Of a stretch of DNA of 64,000 nucleotides, positions 28,901 through 38,862 are shown piece after piece. The position numbers and the translations under genes were made by a program. Each line of letters begins with the position of its first letter. Positions within the stretch are counted from its first letter, which is position 1. The stretch lies in the IMG/VR virus record IMGVR_UViG_3300024239_000015, positions 62,001 to 126,000 of that record. One strand, 5' to 3'. The notes below the pieces were generated by a model. The model worked only from the letters and a program-made list of their open reading frames with translations, was not told the origin of the DNA and ran no database searches.

Positions 28901-31900
28901 TACCACGACCAGCAGACACTGAAAACTATTTACTCCTTTAAAGACATCACAGGACCTGTGGTGGATAACTTTGGGAAAGTGGTGCTTTCCGTAGAGGACT
29001 TCCAAGCGGGCTTAGTCACGACTGACGGTAAACCACTGCGTACACCCGCGGAGCGTTTATACGCCATCGGGAAAAAAGGCGTAGGCTTAGCGGTTTCCGC
29101 TGGTAAGAAAGTATGGGAGCTTACGAAGAAAGCGCACGTCAAAACGTGGGGTTTACTCAAGAAAGGGTTAGGGTGGGTAGGTTCTGGCGTCAAAGGAAAC
29201 ATCGGTGTCTCGTTTGGGAGTCAGTCTGGCGACTCTGAAACGTTAGATCTGCAGTCCAAACAACTGGACGTCTTACTGCGTATCCATGACTTACTGATCC
29301 GTGGGTTTAAGTTTGAAGACGCTCCTTTAGGTGGGTATGGTGCAGCGGGTATCTTCGCAAAAGCCAAAGCCGCAGGAAAGAAAGCAGCAAGTAAACTCTC
29401 TGACGTAGAGATCTCCACCTTAGTCGATGACACCATGGATAAACTCAAGAAAATCGGTGTACCTGATGGGTATATCGAAAAACTGGAGAGTATCAAACAG
29501 GACATCGACTCTGCTGGCGGTTACAAAGAGTACCTGAAGGCTCAAAAGAAAAGCTTCTCTGAGAAACTCAAAGAACGCATTGCTGGAGAGGACAAACGGG
29601 AAAACTCGTGGGTGGACATTATCCGTGACCGTAAAGAAGCAGCGAAAGGGAAAATGACAGGGTGGAAAGATCGTGTCTTAGGAGACAAAGACAATCCATC
29701 GTGGTTAGGGAAGATTCTCTTTGCGATTGCTGGGTTAGGGACGTTGTTCACAACTGCCGTAGGAAAAGTCGTGAGTACACTAACGACGATGTGGGGAGGA
29801 GTGAAAGCGATTCGCGACACTGTACTCGCCACACAAGCTGCAGCTGGAGCAGCAGACTTACTGACTCCTGATGGGTTACCAGAAGGCGCGGACAAAAAAG
29901 GAAAGCTTCGTGCGAAAACGAAGCTAGGTCGTTTAGGTCAAGCGGCGTGGGGTGGGACCAAAGCTTTAGGACGCGGTGCGCTTAGTGTAGCGAAGTGGAC
30001 AGTAGGCATGCCTGCATTACTACTAGCACGGGGAGCACTCGGCTTAGGCGCGTTAGGTTTAGGCGCAGCAGCATCGATCCTAACGTCTCCTGTGGTTCTA
30101 GGCAGCCTTGCTGTTGGAGCTGTAGGGTATGGCGCTTATAAAGGCTATCGTGCGTTACGTGGCGAACTGAAGCCATTAGAGCGCTTACGCGCGGCAGAGT
30201 ACGGACGAGACCCTAACTCCATTGGTGACTTTGAAGACATCCGTGCGTTAGAAGAGAAACTCAGACCTCACTTGATCCTTTCTTCTAAGGGTCCTGCGTC
30301 GTTAGACAAAGAACTTCCATGGAAAGAACTCGTGGATATCTTTGGGATCGACACGAAAGACAAGACAGAAACGATGACGTGGGCCAACTGGTTCCAGTAC
30401 CGTTTTGCTCCTGTGTACTTACGGTGGGTGACGTTAGTACCTCAGTTCCAACCTGGGGTGACGTTAAGTGACCTCGACGGAAAACTCAAAGATTCCTTCA
30501 AGGTTCCTTACGCGGAGAAAGTCACGTGGCGTAAAGACGAAGCAGGGTATCCATACACGGTCGCTGCGGGTCCTTATGGTGAGAGTGACTCAGAGATGGG
30601 CGACTCTGTCGTTAAAGAGGAACTTACAGCACTCACTGCACTCTTTGGAGACGATGCTTTACGTGAGAAAGCCAAAGAGCGTTTAGCTGCTCAAGGCTCT
30701 GGCTCTGGGTCTTTAGGGTTTGTCGCTGGAATGAAAGACGGGATGCCTACAGCAGGCAGTGCGAAACTGGCTGAGTTCAGTGCACCACAACCGGGAAGAC
30801 AGAGTAACCTCAAAACGTACAAAGCGGGAGCTCTGGAGTACGTCACACCATCTACCCTACCGAACTCTGTGAACACCAAATTCACAGACACACTCACGAA
30901 TGAATTCGGACAGCGCAACAACAACATCGATGACTTTGCGGCAGTGCGTCTGAAAACGTACGGGTTGGTGACGTTAGAGGTAGAGAAAGTCAACAGCGTG
31001 TTAGCGCTAGAGTCTGACGTCTTACAGCAAGTGGTGTACAACGCAGCAGGTAGAGCAGAGTTGGTCAAAGACCCCATGCATTACCTGATGCTGTACGCGT
31101 CTCACTTTGGGGTAAACACGGAGAACCCAGACCAACGTACCGAGTGGTTGTACTGGTTCCAGTACCGGTTTACTCCGGTGTTACTGAACTTTATCGCCGC
31201 AGTGAAGCGAATTGACAAAAACGCAGAACCACGTAGTGCGTCTACGAAGTTTAGTAAAGGACGGTTACACGAGATCGCCAAAGCGATTGCGTCCTCTACG
31301 ACTGTGGTGGAGAAGAAACCTACGTCTGTGTGGTCAGTGTACGCTGTAGCGTTCCCAGGTTACGCGATGAACGAACACGCAGCGTCAGTGGATGTCCACT
31401 TAGCAGCACTGAAGAAAGATGCTGAAGAAGTCGTGTATCAAACACCAGGAAGCTTACGTGCGAGTAACCTGAAGGGAGACCGTGAGGTTAAACTCAAGAC
31501 AACCTACACAGCGACCGGTGGGGTTCCTGATGTCTTTAAACCGGGGAATACCGCAGGGTTAGGACAAAGTGGGATCTTCCCAAGCAGTGGGAAGTCAGGT
31601 CAACCGATAGCTCCGTTTATGGCAGGTAGTGGTGCTGGGTATCTGGAGTTACCGAACCCCAAAGGAGACGGTACGCCAGAAGCCTACGCTGCTTTACTCA
31701 AAGCCGCAGCAGAAGCCGCTGGGATTGAACCGGGAATCCTAGAGACGTTTGCAAAGATTGAATCGTCGTTTAGAACCAAGGTGAGAAATCCAGAAAGCTC
31801 TGCAACGGGTTTATTCCAGTTCACTAACCAGACGTGGAAGGAACAGCTGGGGAAGCATGCTGCTACGTACGGGATTCCAAAAGACGCAAGTCCCACAGAC

Positions 31901-32761
31901 CCGAAAGCTTCAGCGCTGCTTGCAGCAGAATACATCAAAGCGAACCGTGCTCAATTAGAGTCGAAGATAGGACGTAAAGCATCTTTGAACGATATCTACT
32001 TAGCGCATCACTTTGGTGTGGGCGGAGCGAGTAAGTTACTCAATAGCTCTCCGATGGAAGATGGTGTAAAAGTTCTACCTGCAGCTGCGGGTGCGAATCC
32101 TTCTGTGTTCTTGGAAGGGAATCGTCATCGTAGTGTGGCTGAGGTACTGGCGTATATCGACAAGAAAGTCAAAGGAAACGTTCCTGCGTTCTTTGACGAC
32201 TCTGCGGTAGGACAACCTACACTCATAGCAACAGCGCAGCAAAGCTTTGCAGCGGATGCACCAGCGACTCCTGCAGAAGTCAAACGGTTGCAAAGCTTGG
32301 GGATCTACGATCAAGCTGCGAAACAACTCGTCACGCCACGCACAGCAGAATTGGTGCAAGTCCAACCCTCTGCAGCCAGTGGCGGGTTTAACGCTGTCCC
32401 TCGTGGAATCGCAGCAGCACCAGCCACTACAGTAGCCGCAGGAGAGCAACTGAGCGCAGTACAACGCATGGCTCAGGAGAAACGGACGCAAGCTGCACAA
32501 ACCCAGCAGCAAGCCAGACACGTCCAACAACTCCAACACACAACCATGGCACAAACGGTAGACTACGCGAAACGGACAACGGAAGCGACCGAGCTTACAG
32601 CGTCCACACTTCAGCGTATAGAAAAACTACTCTCGGTATTCCAACCCAAGGAGCCCGTACAAACCAAACCAGATGAGCCCAGTAGCAACACCAACTTAGC
32701 TCAGCAACGGTTTGCAAGTAAAGCACCACAACCGGTTGTGAAGACCACACGGGACGTTTAG
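25970..32761 (+). CDS. Giant tail protein with lytic transglycosylase domain (phiKZ gp181-like)
   Basis: 2263 aa; SLT motifs AKIESSF, SSATGLFQF..TW, YLAHHFG; divergent from beta' as in phiKZ. Confidence 0.88.
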   Translation: METVMVKKLDNVDDFDIDDFGFDGDMDDPFRPKSDREIVAALPKDFLSGVKSSVTDPSFMRQVLRKALPSGYSDALDVADDVAYAAQGTYDHLDRELRPAVKGLKGALKRVKALATPVLPKGISEKLDKLLESEEEYKRQQTDFREEGITKGLAEIFAAQTKIQNVKDQDSADRETVRDLAEEQRANTQRQLLAKTAEGIGHLVGYQNSIGVKFQQKSLELQYRTYYAIKDLFELNKGAVPENVSLLRGILKNTGLPEIQKITTSEQIKQTLQEGLLGKAYEGFDEHRRKFFGRFLQNVSGKIKESGSAFAEGLRGGSDALESITDGAEMQKEMGGSSASTAAQMGGMFVGSMLGNKTAKAIKKITSKIPGADEKLDKYGAKLSYLVSNREGLMEKFARNDEQLTEREGMLGSFVNWVGDLFKDSIPRYGSYQALAKTDTAQLNQPAVFDNLVRSSIVEVIPTYLAKILQSLETFRTGQPVDELRYNHQTAEFVSRRDLTAKIRERAITETQLGTLDRRTNSLLDALDPEKQLTEKERKKVQAELVRQAQSNKLFDPETLSDSWRLEGSLGKKTAEKFSGLVESKFKRTIDGKIDYDDKATRDLLVSASRLYNELLQSLPGDFKNTQIYANTGLRDLVRDTGLIKRNGDDESYDLNAVTDQFTQFISGSPRAVPPTSAPITPSVAAVRQAQQAQTQPFFTRNPEPIYGATTPTQPYQNAFSDNAVQQIVDAIEESSTRDLQVSQTESLKQIVELIQGLPERMTVLTGNVTGGESGPQMSNLERNIRGGLKGTAKGLWGATKGLYNFGAGLRNKLFKGAWFTGKFGWNLLTKKDKEKDQPDDVYVPGMKEPILQKWKMALGWYKDAETGEPIYSLKDIKGVVLDRFDKVVLSAEDAKNAFTSEGKSLLDRAVNLARGLITGPGATFVKTMFKSVTKPTEWLKNGLKSAWAFYHAHQDICVKGEEPTVRLYANLMRKGYYHDQQTLKTIYSFKDITGPVVDNFGKVVLSVEDFQAGLVTTDGKPLRTPAERLYAIGKKGVGLAVSAGKKVWELTKKAHVKTWGLLKKGLGWVGSGVKGNIGVSFGSQSGDSETLDLQSKQLDVLLRIHDLLIRGFKFEDAPLGGYGAAGIFAKAKAAGKKAASKLSDVEISTLVDDTMDKLKKIGVPDGYIEKLESIKQDIDSAGGYKEYLKAQKKSFSEKLKERIAGEDKRENSWVDIIRDRKEAAKGKMTGWKDRVLGDKDNPSWLGKILFAIAGLGTLFTTAVGKVVSTLTTMWGGVKAIRDTVLATQAAAGAADLLTPDGLPEGADKKGKLRAKTKLGRLGQAAWGGTKALGRGALSVAKWTVGMPALLLARGALGLGALGLGAAASILTSPVVLGSLAVGAVGYGAYKGYRALRGELKPLERLRAAEYGRDPNSIGDFEDIRALEEKLRPHLILSSKGPASLDKELPWKELVDIFGIDTKDKTETMTWANWFQYRFAPVYLRWVTLVPQFQPGVTLSDLDGKLKDSFKVPYAEKVTWRKDEAGYPYTVAAGPYGESDSEMGDSVVKEELTALTALFGDDALREKAKERLAAQGSGSGSLGFVAGMKDGMPTAGSAKLAEFSAPQPGRQSNLKTYKAGALEYVTPSTLPNSVNTKFTDTLTNEFGQRNNNIDDFAAVRLKTYGLVTLEVEKVNSVLALESDVLQQVVYNAAGRAELVKDPMHYLMLYASHFGVNTENPDQRTEWLYWFQYRFTPVLLNFIAAVKRIDKNAEPRSASTKFSKGRLHEIAKAIASSTTVVEKKPTSVWSVYAVAFPGYAMNEHAASVDVHLAALKKDAEEVVYQTPGSLRASNLKGDREVKLKTTYTATGGVPDVFKPGNTAGLGQSGIFPSSGKSGQPIAPFMAGSGAGYLELPNPKGDGTPEAYAALLKAAAEAAGIEPGILETFAKIESSFRTKVRNPESSATGLFQFTNQTWKEQLGKHAATYGIPKDASPTDPKASALLAAEYIKANRAQLESKIGRKASLNDIYLAHHFGVGGASKLLNSSPMEDGVKVLPAAAGANPSVFLEGNRHRSVAEVLAYIDKKVKGNVPAFFDDSAVGQPTLIATAQQSFAADAPATPAEVKRLQSLGIYDQAAKQLVTPRTAELVQVQPSAASGGFNAVPRGIAAAPATTVAAGEQLSAVQRMAQEKRTQAAQTQQQARHVQQLQHTTMAQTVDYAKRTTEATELTASTLQRIEKLLSVFQPKEPVQTKPDEPSSNTNLAQQRFASKAPQPVVKTTRDV

Positions 32762-32762
32762 C

Positions 32763-32784
32763 AGGGAGGGCTTCGGCCCTCCCT
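32763..32784. terminator. Hairpin after the gp181-like gene
   Basis: AGGGAGGGC-TTCG-GCCCTCCCT. Confidence 0.65.
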
Positions 32785-32820
32785 CTATTCTGTGTAATTT
32801 AAACCACAGGGGTTTCCAGC

Positions 32821-34800
32821 ATGGAATTCAAACGCGACGCGAATTGGGTGCGTCAATCTTTTCTTTTGCCTCGTCGGGGGATAGATGCGGTAGACGCAGT
32901 ACGTCGTACGTATTCAAACGGCTATCGGAAGTTCACAGACACGACACTCGGTGGGAACTTTGCGATTAACTCCCCGTATCAATTTACACCTTTTGCTGAC
33001 ATTCCAGAGAAACGAATCCACACGAACCTTTCTTTACCAATGGGCCGGTGGTACTCAGAGGTTATTGACGATAACAGTATTCACGTCCATTTACGGTTTG
33101 GTGTAGCCCAGTACAACAGCTGGACGAGTTTCTTTGGAAACTTCTACTCTCCTGAACTGTCACGCTTGGCGCGTACAGGACGAGGGACTGGGTTGTTCTA
33201 CACGTTAGGTAAACTAGCAGGCTACGTGGTAGCCTTACCTTTTATAGCGCCGATTCTGATTGGTCAGGTCATTAAGTTCTTAGTGAACAAACCCAGTACG
33301 AAGTTTTATTACTTAAAACCCACCATGCCTTTGTACTGGAACGCAGTGACGATGATCACGAACTACATGGCTGCAAATATGGGGTTTATCCAAGGCCAAG
33401 GCTTTGAGGATTACCAGAAAGACTCTATAGGACTTACCGCCCAGGACATCGCTGATCGTAACTTTCTATTACCGGATACGTTCCGCGCGGACGGTGGAAT
33501 CGATATCTACCGGATTGCGACTAAAGCACAACGTTTAGCGGATCAACAAAACAAAGCACTCGCGAAGATGCGCGAAGAAGCGGGGAGCGTACAAGACTTA
33601 CGTGATCGTTTTGTGAAATACCAAAACACAGAACGAACGGACGTTCCTGAAGGAAACCGTCTGGCGGATTATCTGGATAAATACCTTGGAATGTCAAGTA
33701 CCGCACCCGAGGGGGATAAAGTCGTTGAGGTTCCCAACGACGCAGGTAAAGCAACTGAGGGGGTTCCCACCAAAGTCTTCACAGAACCCAGCGAAGATGT
33801 AAGCTCGTATTACGGAGACTTTGATCCAACCGGACAGAAAGGAAAAGAAGACCCAGGGCTTGTAGACTTCTTGATCGCAGAAGCGCGGGATGGTGCTCAG
33901 TTTATCACCTTCCGGGTTGCAGACCCTGGTGAAGTCGGTGAGAGTTTCTCCAGTACGGTGAAAGACTCCGATATCTCCGGTACGATCAACAGTATTTCTC
34001 AAGGTGCACGTAACTCACGCTTTACGTTTGCGAACGGTAACTTAGACGATGGCATTATCGCCACTACCGTCAAAGGGATTGTGGGAGCAGTTACTGACGT
34101 CGTGGCTGGCTTGGCAGACTCGTTAAGTATTTCCGGGTTAGCGTCATTGGCCGGTAATGCCATGGTAGACATTCCTAAACACTGGGATCAATCTACAGCA
34201 AACTTACCTAAAGCAACGTACACCATCGAGCTACGTACACCGTATGGAAACGACCTTTCACGATACCAAGACTTGTTAGTACCGTTAGCGTTCTTACTAG
34301 CAGGAGCACTACCGTTATCCGCAGGTCCAAGTTCGTTCACTTCTCCTTTCTTGTGTGAGCTGTTCTGTAAAGGCAGACATCAATTCAGATTAGGAATGAT
34401 TGACTCATTGGACATCCGTCGGGGGACGGGCAACTTAGGGTGGACACAAGACTCTAAACCGTTAGGGATTGACATTACGGTAAGTTTTGTGGATATGTCA
34501 AGTATCATCCACATGCCACTGACCACGATGTTTAAACCATGGGAGCCGTTCACACCAGGTGGTATACAGCGGATGTTTACTGCGGATGAATCTGCATTCT
34601 CGAACTACATGGCTGTACTGTGTAGCTTGGGCCTATCAGAACAAATCTACGCGTGGTCTGGTCGGTTAAAACGTAACTACTACCGTCAAGTACTGAACTA
34701 CAACAGTTGGTTCAACAAAGCGCACTTTGCGAACTGGGCCTTTGGAACCTTCCCAGGACAACTGATGTCACTCTTTGCTGAGAACACCAACCGTCCGTAA
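32821..34800 (+). CDS. Virion tail/baseplate protein (phiKZ gp182-like)
   Basis: KFTDTTLGGN..IN...QFT...D motif; follows the gp181-like gene. Confidence 0.7.
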   Translation: MEFKRDANWVRQSFLLPRRGIDAVDAVRRTYSNGYRKFTDTTLGGNFAINSPYQFTPFADIPEKRIHTNLSLPMGRWYSEVIDDNSIHVHLRFGVAQYNSWTSFFGNFYSPELSRLARTGRGTGLFYTLGKLAGYVVALPFIAPILIGQVIKFLVNKPSTKFYYLKPTMPLYWNAVTMITNYMAANMGFIQGQGFEDYQKDSIGLTAQDIADRNFLLPDTFRADGGIDIYRIATKAQRLADQQNKALAKMREEAGSVQDLRDRFVKYQNTERTDVPEGNRLADYLDKYLGMSSTAPEGDKVVEVPNDAGKATEGVPTKVFTEPSEDVSSYYGDFDPTGQKGKEDPGLVDFLIAEARDGAQFITFRVADPGEVGESFSSTVKDSDISGTINSISQGARNSRFTFANGNLDDGIIATTVKGIVGAVTDVVAGLADSLSISGLASLAGNAMVDIPKHWDQSTANLPKATYTIELRTPYGNDLSRYQDLLVPLAFLLAGALPLSAGPSSFTSPFLCELFCKGRHQFRLGMIDSLDIRRGTGNLGWTQDSKPLGIDITVSFVDMSSIIHMPLTTMFKPWEPFTPGGIQRMFTADESAFSNYMAVLCSLGLSEQIYAWSGRLKRNYYRQVLNYNSWFNKAHFANWAFGTFPGQLMSLFAENTNRP

Positions 34801-34803
34801 ACC

Positions 34804-34840
34804 AAAAAAAGAGAGAGAGGGGACTCCCCTCTCTCTATGC
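34804..34840. terminator. Terminator between convergent genes
   Basis: AGAGAGAGAGGGG-ACT-CCCCTCTCTCT with A-tract. Confidence 0.75.
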
Positions 34841-35239
34841 TCGCTGACGCACCACAGCAATGTACTGACGGTTGTCGAGCAAACACCCTACTGGGTTTTG
34901 ATTACACAAAAGAGAGTACCCTTCTGAGAAAGGCTGCCACGGGTAGTCGTCTACCGTAATAGGACGGAAGTCGAAATGCCCAATCAGTGCGGTAGTCAGT
35001 GTCTCCACGTACCCTCTATACCACAATAAGAATTTCTTACGATCGAACTCTGCGGAGTGCGGTAGTAAACGCCAGTACTCTTGGTAGTCGTACGGGTATC
35101 TCAGAATCACCAAGTAACCACCGGGGGTTTTGAGTGCCGCGTTGGTAATGTATTCAAATGTCGCTACGTGTAGCTCACCACACGAGATCTTTAGGCTCTG
35201 TGTGGGCGTTGATAGCTTTTCTATGCTAAAATCGCTCAT
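34835..35239 (-). CDS. Hypothetical protein
   Basis: 134-aa ORF, AGGAG RBS. Confidence 0.6.
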   Translation of the reverse strand: MSDFSIEKLSTPTQSLKISCGELHVATFEYITNAALKTPGGYLVILRYPYDYQEYWRLLPHSAEFDRKKFLLWYRGYVETLTTALIGHFDFRPITVDDYPWQPFSEGYSLLCNQNPVGCLLDNRQYIAVVRQRA

Positions 35240-35290
35240 AGGCTCTCCTGTTGCGTTTAAACGGCATACAGGGAGCCGAAGCCCCCTGTG

Positions 35291-36367
35291 CTACCGTGTC
35301 AACCCCCATTGGACTAACTGAGGGTAGAATTTCTTTCCTAAAATTTGAATGTCTTGCAGGGTGTAGCTCTTTGCACAAAGGACTGGGACTAAGTACTCAG
35401 GGTCTAACCCGTTGAGCGCAGGTGTGGTGTGTGACAACAACACAATACTGGCGTCACGAGAGATCCTAGAGAAAGGAGCTAACGCAGGAACGTCCACACC
35501 GTTTCGTTTAGTCAGCGTCCACGTGGGTTGCACCAACCCTAACGTCTCCACCAAGTACGCTTTGAGTGCAGCGTAGTCGGCAGGTTTCGTACGAGGAGGA
35601 AACCGATACCCAGCCAGTAGAAACATCACCGCGTCAGGCATTTTAGCGATGACTGCTTCTGCGCCAATGTACTCTATTACTTTTCGTAAAGATGCTAAGT
35701 CGCAGCGAAGAACAATCGATTGCAGAGAAGCAATCAAACGTTGCTTTGCGAGCTCTTTGTCTTTGACTTGGTTCATGATCTCATCGATGGCGTCTGGTAC
35801 GCCCAGCTCTAACGCTTCGGTCAGTAATGCACCGAAGGCAGAGTCTTTTGCGATGTCACTGACCACACCACCTAAGGCGTCATTCCCAGTCAATCGCGCT
35901 AAGGCTTTAAACACCCCCATGGCATTGTCGGTACGTGCAGTATCCCACACGCTGTACGTCTGCCCTGCTTTGTTAACAAGTTCCCCTACGCCAGGAAACC
36001 CAGCCAACTTTAACGCGCTACTGATCGCGTCTGACTTGACTTTTGCACTGACCGATTCAATCCCACCGATACTCGTACCTAGACTCCGGTCAAAGACGCG
36101 TAACGCTTCAGAGGTGTTTAACCCCACACCGTTCTCGCCAATCTTCACCATCCGACTTAAGTCTTTAAGGTTCAGATCACTCGTAGAGAATCCCGCTTTG
36201 GCTTTATCCAGTAAACTACTACTGGCATCCCCCGTCGTGGTTTTGATCTTCGAGAGCGTCTCCTGTGGGGTGACGCCAGAGGGGTCTACTGTCAGTAATG
36301 AGTCGTCTGGTCCACTTTGGAAAAAACCACCCAACACTCCTTGGATGGCTGTACTTAGATCTGCCAT
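35291..36367 (-). CDS. Putative virion structural protein
   Basis: Likely start MADLS at 36367; FFQSGPDDSL..VD N-terminal pattern; located in the structural block. Confidence 0.55.
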   Translation of the reverse strand: MADLSTAIQGVLGGFFQSGPDDSLLTVDPSGVTPQETLSKIKTTTGDASSSLLDKAKAGFSTSDLNLKDLSRMVKIGENGVGLNTSEALRVFDRSLGTSIGGIESVSAKVKSDAISSALKLAGFPGVGELVNKAGQTYSVWDTARTDNAMGVFKALARLTGNDALGGVVSDIAKDSAFGALLTEALELGVPDAIDEIMNQVKDKELAKQRLIASLQSIVLRCDLASLRKVIEYIGAEAVIAKMPDAVMFLLAGYRFPPRTKPADYAALKAYLVETLGLVQPTWTLTKRNGVDVPALAPFSRISRDASIVLLSHTTPALNGLDPEYLVPVLCAKSYTLQDIQILGKKFYPQLVQWGLTR

Positions 36368-36395
36368 ACGTACCGTACCTTTGTGGCTAAATTGT

Positions 36396-37079
36396 CTATA
36401 CAATCACTCCCGTGGCTTGTCCTAGCTGTTCCAGCTGCTCTTGCCATTGTTGACTTTGCTGTAAAGACGCTAACCCTTCAATCCGTACTGAGTACAACCC
36501 TTTGGTGTAGGGTTTGTTCTCTTGTCCTGCTCCTAAGAGCGCATCGACTTCCGTGGCATTTAACCGAAGTCTCGACACCACGTCATCCAAGTCTTGGGTG
36601 ATATACGTATCTTTAGTAGACAGTGACGTAACGTAGTAGTCAATCACAGGCCCTCTGTGTTTTGGAACGTACGCAGGTTCTTCTCGCACAGTTTCTGTTC
36701 CATACCCTCCGCCGAAGTCTTTAAACTCCAACGAGTGACTGGTCCACTTTTTCTCCCCGTGTCTGCGGATCTCTAACGTAATCCGCATATCCACTACTTT
36801 GTGTAAGAGCAAGATCTTCTCTAACGTCTTCCACGTCATGTCGTTTCTTGCAATCGCTTTCGTGAGGTTTCCCTGTGCGCTGGAGCGATCCTTAGTGGTT
36901 TGGTTAATCCCGACGACAGGATTGCTTAAGTAGTCTCTCATGTAGTTGAAATACACGGAGGGAGTTGTCCCTAAGTCTAACATAAGCTTACGAGCTAATT
37001 TTGCAAGTACTCCTTTTGCAGCACGCATGCCTTTATCGGAGCTTTGTAAGAGCGGGTTGATATTCGAGTCTTTTGACAT
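36396..37079 (-). CDS. Conserved phiKZ-like hypothetical protein
   Basis: KDRSSAQGNL..MTWK motif; GGAAGG RBS. Confidence 0.6.
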   Translation of the reverse strand: MSKDSNINPLLQSSDKGMRAAKGVLAKLARKLMLDLGTTPSVYFNYMRDYLSNPVVGINQTTKDRSSAQGNLTKAIARNDMTWKTLEKILLLHKVVDMRITLEIRRHGEKKWTSHSLEFKDFGGGYGTETVREEPAYVPKHRGPVIDYYVTSLSTKDTYITQDLDDVVSRLRLNATEVDALLGAGQENKPYTKGLYSVRIEGLASLQQSQQWQEQLEQLGQATGVIV

Positions 37080-37106
37080 TGTACCTTCCTTCTTCAGATT
37101 CTTATT

Positions 37107-37580
37107 TTAAGTGCGGTACACGATGCAATCGATGTACTGTTTTAAGTCTTGCCAGAGTACAGCGCCTGCACGGAACGTGTACTCGTCTTCGTTCGGTAAG
37201 TGACGGAAGATCTCTTCGAGTAACACACAGAGTGTCCGGTGTGCGTCAGTTCGATTCAGTAAGACGCGTCCTGCACAGAAATATTGATACATACTTTTCT
37301 CTGTTAAAGCGCTGTCTAACGTGAGCATTGGAACGAATCGTTCTGGGTTACGTTCTAACCACAGACGGTATCGATCGAGTTCTTCCAAGAGTTGTGTAAT
37401 ATCTAACGTGCGTGTAATGAGCATAATACCACGACACGCGTCGTGGTTCTCATTGACAGGGAAGTCTTTGTATAGAGCAAGCCATTGACGCATCCCTTGA
37501 AGAGAGTAGCGTTTGTACGGCTCGTTGAGAAACTCGGTAAGCTTGCGCTTGTACCACCAGCGTTTAGCGGCCTGAATCAT
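37107..37580 (-). CDS. Hypothetical protein
   Basis: Likely start MIQAAK at 37580, downstream of the promoter motif. Confidence 0.6.
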   Translation of the reverse strand: MIQAAKRWWYKRKLTEFLNEPYKRYSLQGMRQWLALYKDFPVNENHDACRGIMLITRTLDITQLLEELDRYRLWLERNPERFVPMLTLDSALTEKSMYQYFCAGRVLLNRTDAHRTLCVLLEEIFRHLPNEDEYTFRAGAVLWQDLKQYIDCIVYRT

Positions 37581-37610
37581 ATAGTTTCCTATACTGTCGT
37601 TGTTATTGTC

Positions 37611-37641
37611 AAAACAATAATATATGTCTGTTTTTATTTCT
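37611..37641 (-). promoter_or_regulatory. Putative phage early promoter
   Basis: Minus strand GAAATAAAAACAGACATATATTAT. Confidence 0.55.
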
Positions 37642-37658
37642 GTTCGTGAGGTGTGGTT

Positions 37659-38105
37659 ATGAGTTCCACGATGATTCCACAAGACCCAGCTGCACTGCTG
37701 AAGTGGACCCGTGAGATGCGGGTGAAAGCGGTCAATAATATCGTTCCTGAAGGTCAGTTCCCTGACGACCCGAAAATGCTTCGAGTGATGGCGGGCTTTT
37801 TAGACGGAATCGACAAACAAGTCCAAACCACACAACGGATGGAGCAGGATAACCAGAACGCTCAAGCCGACCGTGAGATCGCTGCACAGTCCGCACGGAT
37901 CGTCGATCAGATTCGCCGTGAAGCCAAAGGGAACCCATTTGCTGCTGGCTCCGATTACGTCCCTGCTGGGGTGCGTTCAAAAGCTGAAGCCGATGAGTCA
38001 CAACTCCCAGAGATCGAGGTGGTGCCAGGGCAGATGGACATCACACCAGCGGCAATGACTCACGACGAGTTTATGGACCAGATGGAAGCGCAAAGAGAAG
38101 GGTGA
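37659..38105 (+). CDS. Hypothetical acidic protein
   Basis: GAGGTG RBS before ATG 37659; ends at a convergent hairpin. Confidence 0.65.
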   Translation: MSSTMIPQDPAALLKWTREMRVKAVNNIVPEGQFPDDPKMLRVMAGFLDGIDKQVQTTQRMEQDNQNAQADREIAAQSARIVDQIRREAKGNPFAAGSDYVPAGVRSKAEADESQLPEIEVVPGQMDITPAAMTHDEFMDQMEAQREG

Positions 38106-38119
38106 CCCCCCTTCTCTTT
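38092..38119. terminator. Hairpin between convergent genes
   Basis: AAAGAGAAGGG...CCCTTCTCTTT followed by ATGCCG. Confidence 0.6.
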
Positions 38120-38861
38120 ATGCCGTCTGAGAAGCCATCAGCAGTGAGAAGTGTTTTACGTCTTCAAACCGCCATGCTGCGTGCTCACAGAGCATCAACT
38201 CAAAACACCCCCAGATCTTGATTGACTCTCCGTACAGTTGCTCGTCTTCGTTGTTTGGATCTAACTGCACCGCTTGGGTGTTGTCACGTATCTTTGGAAC
38301 GATAAACGTCACGTGCTGTAGTTTCGTTGCATCCAACGCTTTGGGGTAGTGGAGTTTCAACCACTCTGCGTAGTCGTACAACACCACCACGTTGTAGTGC
38401 TGTAAAGCAATACAGACTGGATCGAGTTTCTGTGGGCTGTAGTTCACCACAGTGACTTTACGTACGTTTGGAAACAACACCTGAAGGATCTTCACGTACT
38501 CGTCTTTCTCGTCTTCTTGAAGCCGGTAAGGCCAGACGTTTAAGTCGATGTCGTAGATATACTCCCCAGCAGTTTGCTCACGTTTAGACGTTTCTAAACA
38601 GATCTCCTCAAACAAGAAATCTGCAAACGCTGTAGGACCACTTGCTTGTAAAGTTTGGACGTTTCGTGCTTGGTACGCCGCACGGTAGTCTTCTTTACGA
38701 AACGTACGACTTTGAAACTCGTCATTGTCACGAATGAAATACGTCGTACGCAGTAGCCGCCCTGCGGTTTCAGGACAGAGTAAAGACACCGTAGCGATGC
38801 GTGTGTCTAAAAGCGCATCGATCGGAATCAAGTACCGACTTTCTGAGGTAGGGTTTAACAT
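38118..38861 (-). CDS. Conserved phiKZ-like hypothetical protein
   Basis: IDALLDTR...LNVWPY.L motif; in the gp149-like operon. Confidence 0.6.
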   Translation of the reverse strand: MLNPTSESRYLIPIDALLDTRIATVSLLCPETAGRLLRTTYFIRDNDEFQSRTFRKEDYRAAYQARNVQTLQASGPTAFADFLFEEICLETSKREQTAGEYIYDIDLNVWPYRLQEDEKDEYVKILQVLFPNVRKVTVVNYSPQKLDPVCIALQHYNVVVLYDYAEWLKLHYPKALDATKLQHVTFIVPKIRDNTQAVQLDPNNEDEQLYGESIKIWGCFELMLCEHAAWRFEDVKHFSLLMASQTA

Positions 38862-38862
38862 A

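Noticed and set aside
19922-32554. Numerous antisense ORFs within the RNAP and gp181-like genes (e.g. 22442..23044, 32075..32554)
   Set aside because: Shadow frames caused by codon bias of the real genes
35649-36425. 258-aa plus-strand ORF
   Set aside because: Antisense shadow of 35291..36367; Ser/Ala-rich with no motif or RBS
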